A DNA stretch of 32,008 bases from Octopus sinensis (GCF_006345805.1 NW_021832148.1:1-32008); one strand, 5' to 3'; positions 1 to 12,115 are shown, numbered from the stretch's first letter. Translations and numbers: made by a program. Notes: generated by a model not told the origin, from the letters alone.

Positions 1-69
1 AGACAGACAGACTGATAGTATATATATAGAGAGATAGAGATAAATACATGCATACACTCATGCATATAA

Positions 70-101
<32 letters not shown>

Positions 102-556
102 GTGTGTGTGCGTGTGTGTATGTGTGTGCATGTGCTCGTGTATGTGTACTAGTGTGTTTCTTTAGTTAAGTTCGTAAAACGTTTCTATCGCGTTATATCT
201 ACATAATCCTTGTATTTAAGTTTGCTTTCACACGTTATGCATATGCGTATACGTATACACCCACACGCACAAACGAATATTATATATATATATATAGAGA
301 GAGAGAGAGATAGATATATATATCATATATATATCGTATATGTGTATTCATATATACCATATACGTGTATATATGTATATATATACATATGTATATATAT
401 CTATATATATATATATATGTATATACATACTTATGTATATAAATATATACTTACATATACATATATATATATATATACATTTGCATATATATGGATAGCT
501 TGATAGATGCATACATACATATACATACATATGTAACATATACTTATGTATAACAA

Positions 557-597
<41 letters not shown>

Positions 598-720
598 TAC
601 ATACGTATATATATATATTAGATAGATAGATAGATAAATACATACATATATAATATATATATATATTCTATATATATATATATATAGATACATATATATA
701 TATATATATACGTGCAAACG
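1..720. repeat. Compound microsatellite tract (TA)n/(TG)n/(GA)n/(GATA)n/(TACA)n
   Basis: Read directly; it explains the YI/HT-rich ORFs at 210-871. Confidence 0.95.
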
Positions 721-1020
721 CAATTACACACATGCACTCACAAACGCAGATGTACTCAAACCCACACATGCATACAATTTGCAAGCACGGTTCCGATCTA
801 TTAAGCACCCTGTCATTGTTCACATGTTTATTTCCTGTGCCTGATGCTTTCAGAGTTGCGTAACATCTCATGTAATCTCATGGATACCATGCATGCTGCT
901 TACTTAATATGACTATGCATACCTCACAAATACGACTCTTGACGAAACAGCTGTAAAAATACCAGATATACCATTCGTCAGTTTCTATTATTAAAAATAT
1001 ACATATTCATACATATATTT

Positions 1021-1301
1021 TATTTATTTTTTTATGCGCCCTTTTCAAGCCTAGGCAGGCTCATGGGCCCGGTTTCCCGGTTTCTATGACGTACGTGTAC
1101 CCCCCCACCTGAACGGGACGCCAGTCCATCGCAGCGTTACTCAAGAAACAGGAAGAAAGAGTGAGAGCCCCTGCCGGAGCATCGTGGAGATTATTTAAGT
1201 GTTTTCGCTCAATAAACACACACAACGCCCGGTCTGGGAATCGAAACCGCGAACCTCCGACCGCGAGTCCGATGCCCTAACTACTGGGCCATTGCACCTC
1301 C
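1021..1301 (-). mobile_element. tRNA-derived SINE, family C head with an alternative 3' tail
   Basis: The minus strand begins GGAGGTGCAATGGCCCAGTAGTTAGG (A box) ... GGTTTCGATTCCC (B box). The head is the same as in 20549-20920 but the 3' half differs. A 12 bp direct repeat ATACATATATTT at 1009-1020 and 1305-1316 is the likely TSD. Confidence 0.85.
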
Positions 1302-2189
1302 ACTATACATATATTTACATACGGTTAAACATACCATGATGAATCAGATCTTCTTTGTGTTTTTAAATTCATTTTAATTCATTTTAGCATCAGAAAAATA
1401 TGTTTTGAGAAAAATTCAATATTTTGCCAGCCACGGCGAGATTATTTAAGAAGTAGAATAAATAATGGTAAGAAGGAGAATCAAGTTGTGAAAGAAAACG
1501 AAGAAGAAAAATTGAAAGAACGGAGATGGAAGAGGAAAAACAATTTTAATTTACTACGCCTTTTATTTCATCTGTTGAAGTATTTTGTTTTGTTTTTTGA
1601 GATATTTGAGATTGTTTTTTTCTTTAGTTGCTGATAATATATTTTTTTTACTGTTTTAACCTTTTTTTGTCCTTATTTTACTCCATTAAGATATTCGTAA
1701 CAAGAAAACATATTAAATGTAAATATAAAATAATCGTAAAACGGAACTAAAATTTAAGAAAACATGATTGAATGAATGAAGCTTGTAAAAAAAAAAAAAA
1801 AAAAAAACAAGTGTAGTATAAAAGGAAGGAAAGAAAAGATTATTTGTAGAAAAAAAAATTGAGAATAAACAAATAGAAAATGGTTAAAAAAAAGAAAATT
1901 GTGTTATTGCGTGATTGTATTGATCAAGTTGTAGGTTAATTGAATTTCATAAATGCTGTGATCTCATTAGAATATATGCATTCTTGGACGAAAGTACCGA
2001 GTCTATTTTGGAGACGGAAAGTCGGAAACAAATTGAGAAAAACATATATATATGTAAATTAACTAAAAAAAAAAAAAATTAACAGAAAAATAGCAATACA
2101 AAAAAATGTATGAGAGTTAAGAGTCTGAATACAAAGAATAATACACAGGCAGACACACACACACACACACACACATAATATATATATAT

Positions 2190-2244
<55 letters not shown>

Positions 2245-2245
<1 letters not shown>

Positions 2246-2365
2246 GCTTAGCCAGCGGGGTGGCGTCATTTCAGGGCTAAAGCAATGCGAAGCGCATTGT
2301 GACCAGCGATGTGCAGCAACATTTGATAGTCTGGTCGATCACGCGATCACGCGATCACGCGATAT
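2245..2365 (+). mobile_element. 3' fragment of an interspersed repeat ending in (GATCACGC)x3
   Basis: GC-richer 120 bp island between microsatellites with a short tandem tail; class not determined. Confidence 0.4.
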
Positions 2366-2424
2366 ATATATATATATATATATTATGTGTGTGTGTGTGT
2401 GTGTCTGTCTGCTTGTATATATGT

Positions 2425-2460
<36 letters not shown>

Positions 2461-3560
2461 TAAGCATATATATGTATATATTGTGTGTGTGTGTGTATAT
2501 ATAAATATATATATACATGTATACGTGAGTACACATATATATGTATGTATACACACAAACACTCACACACACATACGTATACATATATACATACATACAT
2601 ACATACATATTTGCGTGCATGTGTGCGCAGAGAAAGAGGAAAAGTGAGTTAGACAGAGAGAGAAAGAGAGAGAGAGAGATTTATCAGACAAACACGCAAA
2701 TACCTAAACTTGGAAGACAAGTTTCACATATTAGAGAGAAGGGACAACAGCAGTGGTTTAGAAACAAATAAACGTCGGTGTTGCTTTGCCCTTCGCAAAA
2801 AATTCAAGAGCTATTAAGAGATATTGAAAACTCTTCTTTTGGTGGTATCTAAAGCCATCGTAATGTGGGAAACGTTTCTGTATCAATATGTATTTAAAGG
2901 TCACAAACGTTTCGTCCCTTTCCCTCTACGCTTTGTTAAAATTGGGCAAGTAAGTTGACTTTGGTGTTGATACAAATCTTCAAAGATTTTGTTCGTGTTT
3001 TAGCATGTAATGCTGAAGAAACGGCCAATATTGAAACAAAATTCTCTTACATGCCCTTTCGGCCTGCAAGAAATAGCTACTTAAGGTCTTCCAAGTGACG
3101 CCCTACTATCTTAAAAGCAAGGAAGTGCATTGCAGATAAAGCACGCTTACGTAAGGCGTTGTGTGAAACACTTATCTAGCAATGTTAGAATTGTAATTGT
3201 TCAAATATACTTGACAATAGGCCAACTAGATTAGAGCTGGCCGAGGGTTAAACAACATCAGCAATAACAACAACAACAGTCCCATTATTACCACAATACC
3301 ATCAGAGTGAACATACACTATATGCGATTTTACATGATCATACCACCTGCTAGAAATAGTTGTCAAATGTATCACAAACTACAGCCTACGTTATTATTTT
3401 AACGAAAAGAAACATCGGATGACATTGTCCTAGATATACTATGCCTAAGTAAAAGACAGATTACTCATCGTTGGAATAAGTTTAATCATAGTTCAGCTCA
3501 AGACATCTGACCTTAGGCTAAAACATCATCTACAAACGTAAAATATAAAATAATTTTTTG

Positions 3561-3935
3561 AGTAGGAGTGGCTGTGTGGTAAGTAGCTTGCATACCAATC
3601 ACATGGTCCCGGGTTCAGTCCCACTGCGTGGCACCTTGGGCAGGTGTCTTCTACTAAAGCCTCGGGTCTACCAAAGCCTTGTGAGTGGATTTGGTAGACG
3701 GAAACTGAAAGAAGCCCATTGTATATATGTATATATATATGCATGTGTGTGTGTATGTGTTTGACAACCGATGCTGGTGTGTTTCGTCCCCGTAACTTAG
3801 TGGTTCGGCAAAAGGGACCGATAGAATAAGTACTAGGCTTACAAAGAATAAGTCCTGGCGTCGATTTGCCCGAATAAAGGCGGTGCTCCAGCATGGCCAC
3901 TGTCAAATGACTGAAACAAGTAAAGGAGTAAAGAA
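3561..3935 (+). mobile_element. tRNA-derived SINE, family A, near full length
   Basis: Head GTAGGAGTGGCTGTGTGGTAAG (A box) ... GGGTTCAGTCCC (B box), central GTGGATTTGGTAGACGGAAACTGAAAGAAGCCC, internal (TA/TG)n, tail ...CTCCAGCATGGCC...GAAACAAGTAAA. Homologous copies at 6130, 22909 and 24417. Confidence 0.9.
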
Positions 3936-4160
3936 ATGTTTTTATTTTATTTATTTATTTGTTCTTACTTGTTTTCCATCGGTTAACGTGCTTATTTAAA
4001 GCATTTAAATTATTTAAATACGACTCTTTATTCTCTTAGTTTTCTAACTACGCAGAATTCAACTTTACCTGTCATGTTTTTGGTGTCGATAACCTCAAAA
4101 TTGCTGGCCAGGTAACAAATTTTGAAAGAATTATTACTTGGTTAAATTTTACAGACTCAC

Positions 4161-4401
4161 CTAGGAGATATTTTCCCAGTCTGTAAACACTTGAGCGGCG
4201 TGTTATCACACAAGTCGAAGCCGTTGGTGAACGAAACATTTGCACAATGTGCAGCGAATTGGAAACGAACTCCGAATCATGAGAATCGAGTGACTGTGAT
4301 GCATTCGTCTTAAGCACATTAGCCATGTCTCTCACCAAAGTTTTCAGAGGCTTCCATCTAACTTTATATGGGATTGTAGTATATAATGAAAAGAATTCCA
4401 T
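4161..4401 (-). CDS. Candidate first coding exon of an unidentified gene (MEFFSLYTTIPY...VYRLGKYLL, phase-1 donor)
   Basis: Non-repetitive 109-codon ORF, good start context (aaATGG), AG|GTGAGT donor at 4161/4160, ETS-type motifs 50-80 bp upstream. No family recognised and no downstream exon identified. Confidence 0.4.
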
Positions 4402-4439
4402 TTCGAAAGAGGAAATGTGTCAAAATACGTTTCACCAAG

Positions 4440-4490
4440 AGAGCTATAGGCGGAAGTGAAACAGGAACAGATCGGAAGTAAAAATAACTC
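4440..4490. promoter_or_regulatory. Candidate ETS-motif core promoter, possibly bidirectional
   Basis: GGCGGAAGTG (4449-4458), ACAGGAAC (4461-4468) and TCGGAAGTA (4472-4480) clustered next to the 4401 ATG. Confidence 0.4.
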
Positions 4491-4739
4491 AATCCGATAA
4501 AAGATTTAAAAAATGAATAAAAAAGATTTGGAAATTGATGAAATTTTTTAAAACTCTATATTTTAATTTTTGGATTTCTTTTTTGTTTTCATATTCTGTG
4601 AATTGTGTAGTTTATTCGAGTCGGAATTTTTTTAAGAAAGCATCCAAAACGAAAAGGTATTCTAATGTTTAATTAATGTTGAAGGGTGTCAATATATACA
4701 TACACAGCTATTTCTGCATATAGGGATGCATGTAAATCG

Positions 4740-4831
4740 AGAAAGAGAGAGAGAGAGAGAGAGAGACATTCATATATATATATATATAATGTAATGTGTT
4801 TACATTATATATAGACACATATAATTCGATG

Positions 4832-4882
<51 letters not shown>

Positions 4883-4943
4883 CATCGAATTATATGTGTC
4901 TATATATAATGTAAACACATTATATTATATATATATATGAATG

Positions 4944-4970
<27 letters not shown>
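4740..4970. repeat. Near-perfect inverted duplication (about 94 bp arms) centred on (TA)n
   Basis: 4740-4833 is the reverse complement of 4881-4970, including the (GA)n/(TC)n tracts; one substitution plus a TA-length difference. Confidence 0.9.
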
Positions 4971-5008
<38 letters not shown>

Positions 5009-5331
5009 GTATATACCTACGTATGTGCCGAAAGTGGGTGGAAAAGTCGATAAACAGGGAGGACAGATATACCTTAAGGCAGGTTAGCAAGTTTGTAGAT
5101 AGACAGACAAATAGATAGATAGACAGACAGACAGACAGACGGATAGATAGATAGATATTACAGAAAGTTCGCTATAGTCTTTCATCAGCTGTTAAAGATG
5201 TAGACAATTTTGGCGCATTAATCATCACAATTTCGCATTCGCCCCAACACACCTGTGTATTGATGTTAATACTATATTCGTGTTTATTTTCAATGACCAC
5301 GTTCTCAACTTTTATCGTCTTCCATCTCTCC

Positions 5332-5371
<40 letters not shown>

Positions 5372-6129
5372 TTCTCCATCTGATTCTTATTGTTTCATTC
5401 TCCCTCACTCTTTCTCACTCTTTTATCCTTCTCCCCAGTATATTCTCTCCCCCACTTTCCTATTCGATTCTAGCACTGAATGCTCCGACGTTTGCTAACT
5501 TTCAATTCTGACTATAGAAAATACGTAGAGACAGACTTAAAGATGAGAACATCGCACTGCTAACACAGATGTAAGACGCAATGTTGACATGTAACACTTT
5601 AATCTACTTGGTAGTATGTTAGGTTTGGAAAACGAAATACTACGTCTTTTTTAGCAATTTATAAACTTCTCAGCGTGACTTAGCATCATTCTCTGATCCT
5701 AATTTCAAGCCTCTACCTGATTCGCTGTTTTTCATTTCTGACCTACTGTGTTTCATTCCGTTCTCTGTTCTCTTATTTCCTTTGTCTAAGTTCTAACGTG
5801 CAATAACTCACTCGCTTTCTCTTCGCGTCACATTTCGCACAATCGCCTCTGGTTTCTTGGAGCATTTTTCTTTCACTGTTGTGATAAGACCTCGTAGTTG
5901 TATATTCTTCATAATCAGCATGCGCAATACCTCCATTATTTTTAGTTTTAGCAAATCCAATTAGTTTTTTCGTTTAATTTTGTATAACTGTTGCCGTCAT
6001 GTCATGTCTTGACACCAAAATTAGAGTGCTCTAGGGTGAGTGAGCAGTCCGGTTGATTAATGCGACGAGACTGCTGTGAATATCAGTCAGAAGCTTACAA
6101 AGGGTTGTGATTAACTTGTTAGTACATTT

Positions 6130-6250
6130 TTCGTTCGGCGTGGTTGTGTTCCAGGTTCAATCCTCTCTTGGGCAACTGCTTCATATGGTCGACCAAAGCC
6201 TTCTGAGTGGATTTCGTAAACGGAAACTGAAAGAAGCCTACTGTGTGTGT
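6130..6250 (+). mobile_element. Family A SINE fragment
   Basis: GGTTCAATCC ... CGACCAAAGCCTTCTGAGTGGATTTCGTAAACGGAAACTGAAAGAAGCC matches 3561-3935. Confidence 0.75.
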
Positions 6251-6321
6251 AAGCACATGTGAATCGTTGGCGAGTTTTTTTCCTCCGTCTTCTTTTCCTT
6301 TTGGACTTTCCTCTGTCTCTT

Positions 6322-6357
6322 GTTTCTGAAGAAGAGCTTTTGCCCGAAACGTAAAAC
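6322..6357 (+). ncRNA. Minimal type I hammerhead ribozyme fold in a Penelope-type terminal repeat (repeat about 6262-6460)
   Basis: GTTT-CTGAAGA-A-GAGC TTTT GCCC-GAAA-C-GT-A-AAAC: intact CUGANGA and GAAA core, stem I GUUU/AAAC, stem II with one mismatch, palindromic ACGU stem III, GUA cleavage triplet. Confidence 0.65.
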
Positions 6358-6460
6358 CACCTTTCTTTCCTTCCTTGAGCATCTGCTAATACTCTGCATG
6401 CATCACGTCCTCGCGTTGTTGCTTTTCTCTTGTGATTGTTGTTTTGCATTTATTACATAT

Positions 6461-6604
6461 GCAACTGGTACTTAATTTATCAACCACGAAAGGATGAAAG
6501 GCATAGTCGACCTTGGCAGAATTTGAACTCAGAATGTAAAGATGGATGAAATACTGCTAGGCAATTGGTTCGGCATGCTAACTTTTCTGCCAGCTGGACG
6601 CTTT
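6461..6604 (-). mobile_element. Family B SINE (truncated)
   Basis: Reverse complement of GCTGGCAGAAA..TTAGCA...GAGTTCAAATTC...GTCGAC...TTTCATCCTTTC...ATAAATTAAGTACCAG. Confidence 0.85.
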
Positions 6605-6631
6605 AATATAAACCCCATATTAATATAATAT

Positions 6632-6845
6632 AGCGGTGATCTGGCAAAGTCGTTAGCACGCCGGGCAAAATGATTAGCAGCAATTCGTACGTCTTGACAT
6701 TTTGAGTTCAAATTCCCCCGAGGTCGGTTTTACTGTTCTTTCTTTCAGAGTCTATGAAATAAGTATCGGATGTGTACTGGGTTCGACGAAATTGACTAAT
6801 TCCTCTCCTCCGAAATTGCTGGCCTTGTGCCAAAATTTAAAATGA
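6632..6845 (+). mobile_element. Family B SINE (diverged), head-to-head with 6461-6604
   Basis: GCGGTGATCTGGCAAAGTCGTTAGCACGCCGGGC...GAGTTCAAATTCC...GGCCTTGTGCCAAAATTT. Confidence 0.85.
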
Positions 6846-7748
6846 ATATGATTAACATAATTGTTGCTAATATTCATTTGACATAGTTGATACTTTTCAT
6901 TAGCAACGTCTTCTTTATTTATGAATAAGAAAAAACATTGTTCTTATCCATAGCATTAATTGATTTAGCTTGTTTAACGGGACAGTTAAACAAGATATAC
7001 TGTCTACTACAGCGCAAATGTGAAGTCAGTTTCCTTGACTCAAGATTAAACTTAGATGTTGTCTACGACGAAGCAAAGATGAGCTCTATACAGATTTAAA
7101 CAAAAATGATCCTAGGACAAGGAAAAGTGGGTCCAGTGAGCTGGAGACAAGATTAAACAGATGTTTTCGAGAACGAGGCAGAAATGAATTTAGCCACTTA
7201 TGGATCTTCAGTGAGGCTACAATGTTTTCGAATTTTAATTGCTGCCACAAAAAAGGTCTCTTCAGAAAACTGAAGACAATCTAGTGGTTAACAGAACCAA
7301 AACGTATTTTCGATTGACGAAAGGGTGACAACACAAGGAAACAAATTTGCTGCAGTCACGCTGCAAATGCTGTGTATGGAAAACGCATTAATGTCATAGA
7401 ATATCATTTTATTTCTTTCCATTTGTGTAAACGTGTGGTCTCCTAAGTCAAAAATCAATACAGAAATTAAATTGGTATTAGCCATAAGGATTACAGAAAC
7501 CTAAATTTTAATTAACTGAATATTTAATTATATATATATATTTATTTGAATTTTTTTCATTCATTTCAGATTTTACGTTCAATTTTTATTCAATAAGCTA
7601 CTTAATTCATCGAATAAGATCATTTAAAAGGGCTAAAAGCATTTTTAAGCAAAAGTGTCAGCTACCATGTTTAAAATATAATGAATGGCGGCAAGAATTT
7701 TACGTTTTTACCCCATTTCTCTTTCTTCGGCATTTTTCTTTTCTATCA

Positions 7749-7750
<2 letters not shown>

Positions 7751-7821
<71 letters not shown>
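7751..7821. repeat. (ATT)n microsatellite
   Basis: Read directly; source of the poly-Y/poly-I ORFs at 7681-7977. Confidence 0.97.
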
Positions 7822-8486
7822 CATTTCCATTATCACCCTCATTATTTTATTGTTATTATTAGCCTCTTTCTATTTCGTTGCTATCAAACGTGCTCCAATT
7901 CTGGTTCAGCATATTTCGTGTCTGCTACAATCCATTTTGTAAAAAAACGTTTCTTTTTTCAGGATTATTTTATTTGAAAGCAAATAATTTCTATAATTCT
8001 TGGACATCTTAATTCAGTGTAGACAAAAGGTCTGTGTTTTAAACATCCATTCAGTTTTTAAATCTTTTTTATATTTACACAATTTTAAAATGTTTCTTCC
8101 TTGTGTTCGGCAGCGGTAGCGCTGAAAGATAATAACAAGAAGTGAAATGGTATAAATGAAACACCGCCATTCTTAGAGAAAATTTTGTTAAAATATTTTG
8201 AAAGTAAAATCACAATTGTAAATAATAAGACAAACAAGGAAAGAAATATGGCGGTTGAATAAAGAGATGAAGTTAGATAAATAAACATTGACAATGTGGT
8301 AAAGATAGAGTAAAGCACAAATAAACACATTTACAGACTGTGACAATACCGCCACTTCAACAAAAATTCTCATCGTGGACAATAACAATAATAGTTTTCT
8401 TGAGATCTTAAGCCAAAATATAAACATTGTATTAGAAATATTGCATTTCTAAATCTCTCAGAGAGATTTTATACAGTAGCAGCATG

Positions 8487-8769
8487 ATAAAGTGATGGTT
8501 TGTTGCCAACTTCATGTGGCAGTCCCAGGAAACGGAAGGATGCTACTGTTATTTAGCCCCAAGAAACACCGTTTCTTTTTAGTTACGTGACACAAGCGTT
8601 CTGTGTCCTTAAGTAGAGGTGTTTATCTCCGCTGCTTGAAAACCTAAGGACACAGAAGGCTTGTATCAGGTAGCCAAATAGAAAGGGCGTTGCTTGGAGC
8701 TAAATAACATTAGCATTCTTCCCTTTCCTGGGACTGCCACATTAAGTTGGCAACAAACCATCACTTTAT
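8487..8769. mobile_element. Foldback/MITE-like element (about 128 bp inverted arms, 27 bp spacer)
   Basis: ATAAAGTGATGGTTTGTTGCCAACTT...CTGTGTCCTTAAGT is mirrored by ACCTAAGGACACAG...AAGTTGGCAACAAACCATCACTTTAT; TA at the ends, suggesting Tc1/mariner-type insertion. Confidence 0.8.
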
Positions 8770-9099
8770 ATATATATTGAAGTTTTCAGAGAAAAAGAAA
8801 AATATTGCGGGGAAAGTCAATCAGAAAATTCTTGCTTCTTACCCAACGATTTTATTGGAGAAAAAGTAGAAAGCAAAGGGGATAGCTTTGACTCTCAGAG
8901 AGCAAGGGATATTTTAGTGTAGCCGCAAAGAGCAGTCAGAGAAAGCCGTAACCAATGTGGGAGCTGATGTAGCTTCAAAGATTAACGCAAAGTATATAGC
9001 ATTTTTTGTTTAGTTTAGGGAGCCAAGGATGATACGAGGTGACAGGCCGATCTGCTGTGCCAACGTTTGTCTATCGATTGGTTCTTCAATATATGAGCT

Positions 9100-9449
9100 G
9101 TGTTGGTTGGATCGTGGTTTCGATTCCTAGAGAACAGACGTTGTGAGTGTTTATTGAGCGAAAGCACCTAAAGCTCCAAGAGGATCCGGCAGGAGGGTGG
9201 GGGTGGCAAACCCTGTTGTACACTTTCACCACAACTTTCTCTCACTCTTTCTTCCTGTTTCTGTTGTACCCGTATTTCAAAGGAGCCAGCCTTGTTACAC
9301 TGTGTGTCACGCTGAATTTCCCAGAGAACCACGTTAGGGGTACACGTATCTGTGGAGCGCTCAGCCGCTTGCACGTTAATTTCACGTGCAGGCTCTTCCG
9401 TTGATTGGATCAAGTGGAACCCTCGTCGTCGTAACCGACAGAGTGCCAC
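9100..9449 (+). mobile_element. Family C tRNA-derived SINE (5' degraded)
   Basis: Colinear with 20549-20920: GTTGTGAGTGTTTATTGAGCGAAA ... CCTCGTCGTCGTAACCGACAGAGTGCC. Confidence 0.9.
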
Positions 9450-11619
9450 TATATTAGATGTAATATATGGAGGTTACTCCAGGGTAATTGTTTTTATATG
9501 TTAACCAAGGGGTCACCGTAACCTATGAGACACAGTACGGGCAAGATTTTGGTTCTGAGGTGACTATAAATTACGTATGATAGTGTGGGAGTTGTAAAAG
9601 CATGAAATACCTAATGACTCTTGATGACCTGAAAATCGATGGTACAAAAAGAGAAGCTATACATATATTCATGCAAAGAAGAATTTGAAAGCATTATTAT
9701 TATTATATTATTATTATTATATTATTATTATTATTATTATATTATTATTATTATTAAAGCAAAAAAAGAAGAGTGCCACTGTTATTATTATTACTATTAT
9801 TACTAGTAGTGGTGGTGGTGGTGGTGTTTTCCACTGGTTGAAACCAGAAAGCGAGATTCATTGAAATTAAAAATAATTATTAATTATCAAATTAATATTA
9901 GTTGTGATAATTAAAAGCCTTGAAAATGACTTCAACACACTGCTGCAACACCGGATTAAAAGATTTAGGAGATTTCAATTTCATTACTCTTCAAAATGGT
10001 GTAACACATATCCCGCCAGAGTTGATTACATTTTTTTCAATTCTACAGAGATCTATAAAATAATTACGAGCAGTTTAATTAGTGAGACTGACTCAACTCC
10101 CCATGTTCTTTGAAAAACAACATCAACAGAGAGAAAAGGGACAAAAATAGCAGCATCGGCACCATGCAGAGATTAGGCAGAAATGAGCTTTAGGTTAGTT
10201 GAAATAAGTTTGTGACATATTCTAATTTCGAAAGCCAAATTCTATGCAGTTACCGTGGAGGAAAAAAAATGCTGTCTTATTGTAAAAGGTGGGAAAATAT
10301 TGTATATACCCGGTGTTTACCTCCAGTGGATTCCCAGACATGCATTTTGGGCTTGTTATCCTTCTTAAATGGGTTATCCCTCACCGGTATTTAACATTGA
10401 AGAAGGATAACAAGAAACGTACGTCTGGGAGTCCGGTAGAGGGAAGCACTGGCCAGATATGGTGTTTTCATACTTCTTACCATGTGAGAGAGTATTTTTC
10501 TGCAAGGTATTTGCAGTGAATTTGCCTTTAGAAATTAAAATATAAGACAAACATACTTTAACTAAGCACCTCCATCTCCAAAACAGATATGTTTACTCTT
10601 TGGTCAGAAAAAGAATGTCAGCTCCCATAACCTTTTTCAAGACCTCTAAATCTGGTTGGTGGAGCAGAGAAAGTTACTGCGAGGATTGAGATCTGGCCTA
10701 AATACTTTAGTAGAGTCCACTAAAGCCACTCGTGGAATTTGTAATAGCATTAAGCAAGTTAGAGCAGTTTATGTTGTATACCTTTTTACCCAATCCTTTA
10801 GCAATAAAATAAGTACCGGCTAAAATACGCCATGTTTATGAGTCAGGGTGACGAGGACAATCTAGTCATCCTTAATGATGACTGATGACTTGAGCTCTAA
10901 TTTTGTGAAGAAGAGTTGGGTACCGTCAACCGCACGCTCAAATCGGTGACCATCTTAAATCAAGTGTTAAGATGAGATCAAGACGACTGGGAATGGAAAC
11001 CACGTGCAGTGGACGACCAAGATGTTTTATTTGCCTTATCATACTCTCTCTGCACGCCAAAATACTTAGTTACAGTCGCCGTCTCCGTTCAACCATGAAA
11101 ATGTCTTTCGTAGAATCTGCCGGATCCAGTCTTCACATACACAGCTGGAAAAGCCCTAAATATTGCAAATTAATCCATAGCAGGGATCCTGACAGATGCT
11201 ACTTCTGCAGGGCAAAGTAAACATGAAAACAAAAGTGACTAAGAAGTGGTTCTACACTCCACAAATCCATAGAACTCACAAACAAGAGCTACATTAAAAA
11301 AAACGTACTTGAGTCAAAACGAACGACTCAAAATCTTTGCAGGCGATTTCCCAACATGGCAGCAGTTCCATGTCTAAAACCAGTAAAATAAAATGAGTGA
11401 AATAAAACAAAACAAAACCCAGATCTGTAGTGTCTAAATGCATGTTGGATATATATATTTTTTTTTTCTTTATATGTCGTATTTATATTTATACGAACAG
11501 AAATATCTTTTAAGTATTAACAACCAACATGGAAACAGTCCAGAAGAAAACATATTGTATTTCAATAGGATTATATAAAAGCGATACACCCAAGTAAACA
11601 AAGATAAAACGGTACATAT

Positions 11620-11620
11620 G

Positions 11621-11669
<49 letters not shown>

Positions 11670-11750
11670 CTCTCTCTCCCTCTCGCACATATATATATAA
11701 TGCATGTAAGCATGAGTGTACACACACACATATATATGTATATGTGTATG

Positions 11751-11806
<56 letters not shown>

Positions 11807-12115
11807 TATATATATGGACATATATACTATATATATTATATATATGTACATATATATATAATATATGTATATATATGTATATGTATATTATATATATATA
11901 CATATACATATATATATATATCATATGATTATATTTACATATCGTAATTAATCAAGTCATGTATAAAATTATGTTCATGTGTGCGTATGTGTATGTATGA
12001 ATATGAATGTGTGTGTGTGTGTATGCACAAGCCTATGTGTGCGTGTATGTGTGTGTGTACGCGCGTGTGTGTGTGTGTATGCGCGCGCTTATGTGTGCGT
12101 ATATGTGTGTGTGTA
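11620..12115. repeat. Compound (TC)n/(TA)n/(TG)n microsatellite
   Basis: Read directly. Confidence 0.95.

Noticed and set aside
5157-5193. Minus-strand ACAG-CTGATGA...GAAC-TTT-CTGT hammerhead-like string
   Set aside because: GAAA and the GUH triplet are broken and stem II is marginal.
7036-7284. About 80-codon ATG-poor open frame on the + strand
   Set aside because: No convincing splice boundaries or recognisable domain.
7256-7312. Hammerhead-like GAAAA-CTGAAGA...AAAAC-GTA-TTTTC
   Set aside because: G12 is absent and 9 unpaired nt separate the core from stem II; at best a decayed relic.
10826-10840. Chain of tiny minus-strand exons MAYFSR-QIHCKYLAEKYSLT-WDNPFKK (10.8, 10.5 and 10.3 kb)
   Set aside because: Frames are compatible but the splice sites are weak (GTACTT donor, GAG acceptor) and no homology was recognised.
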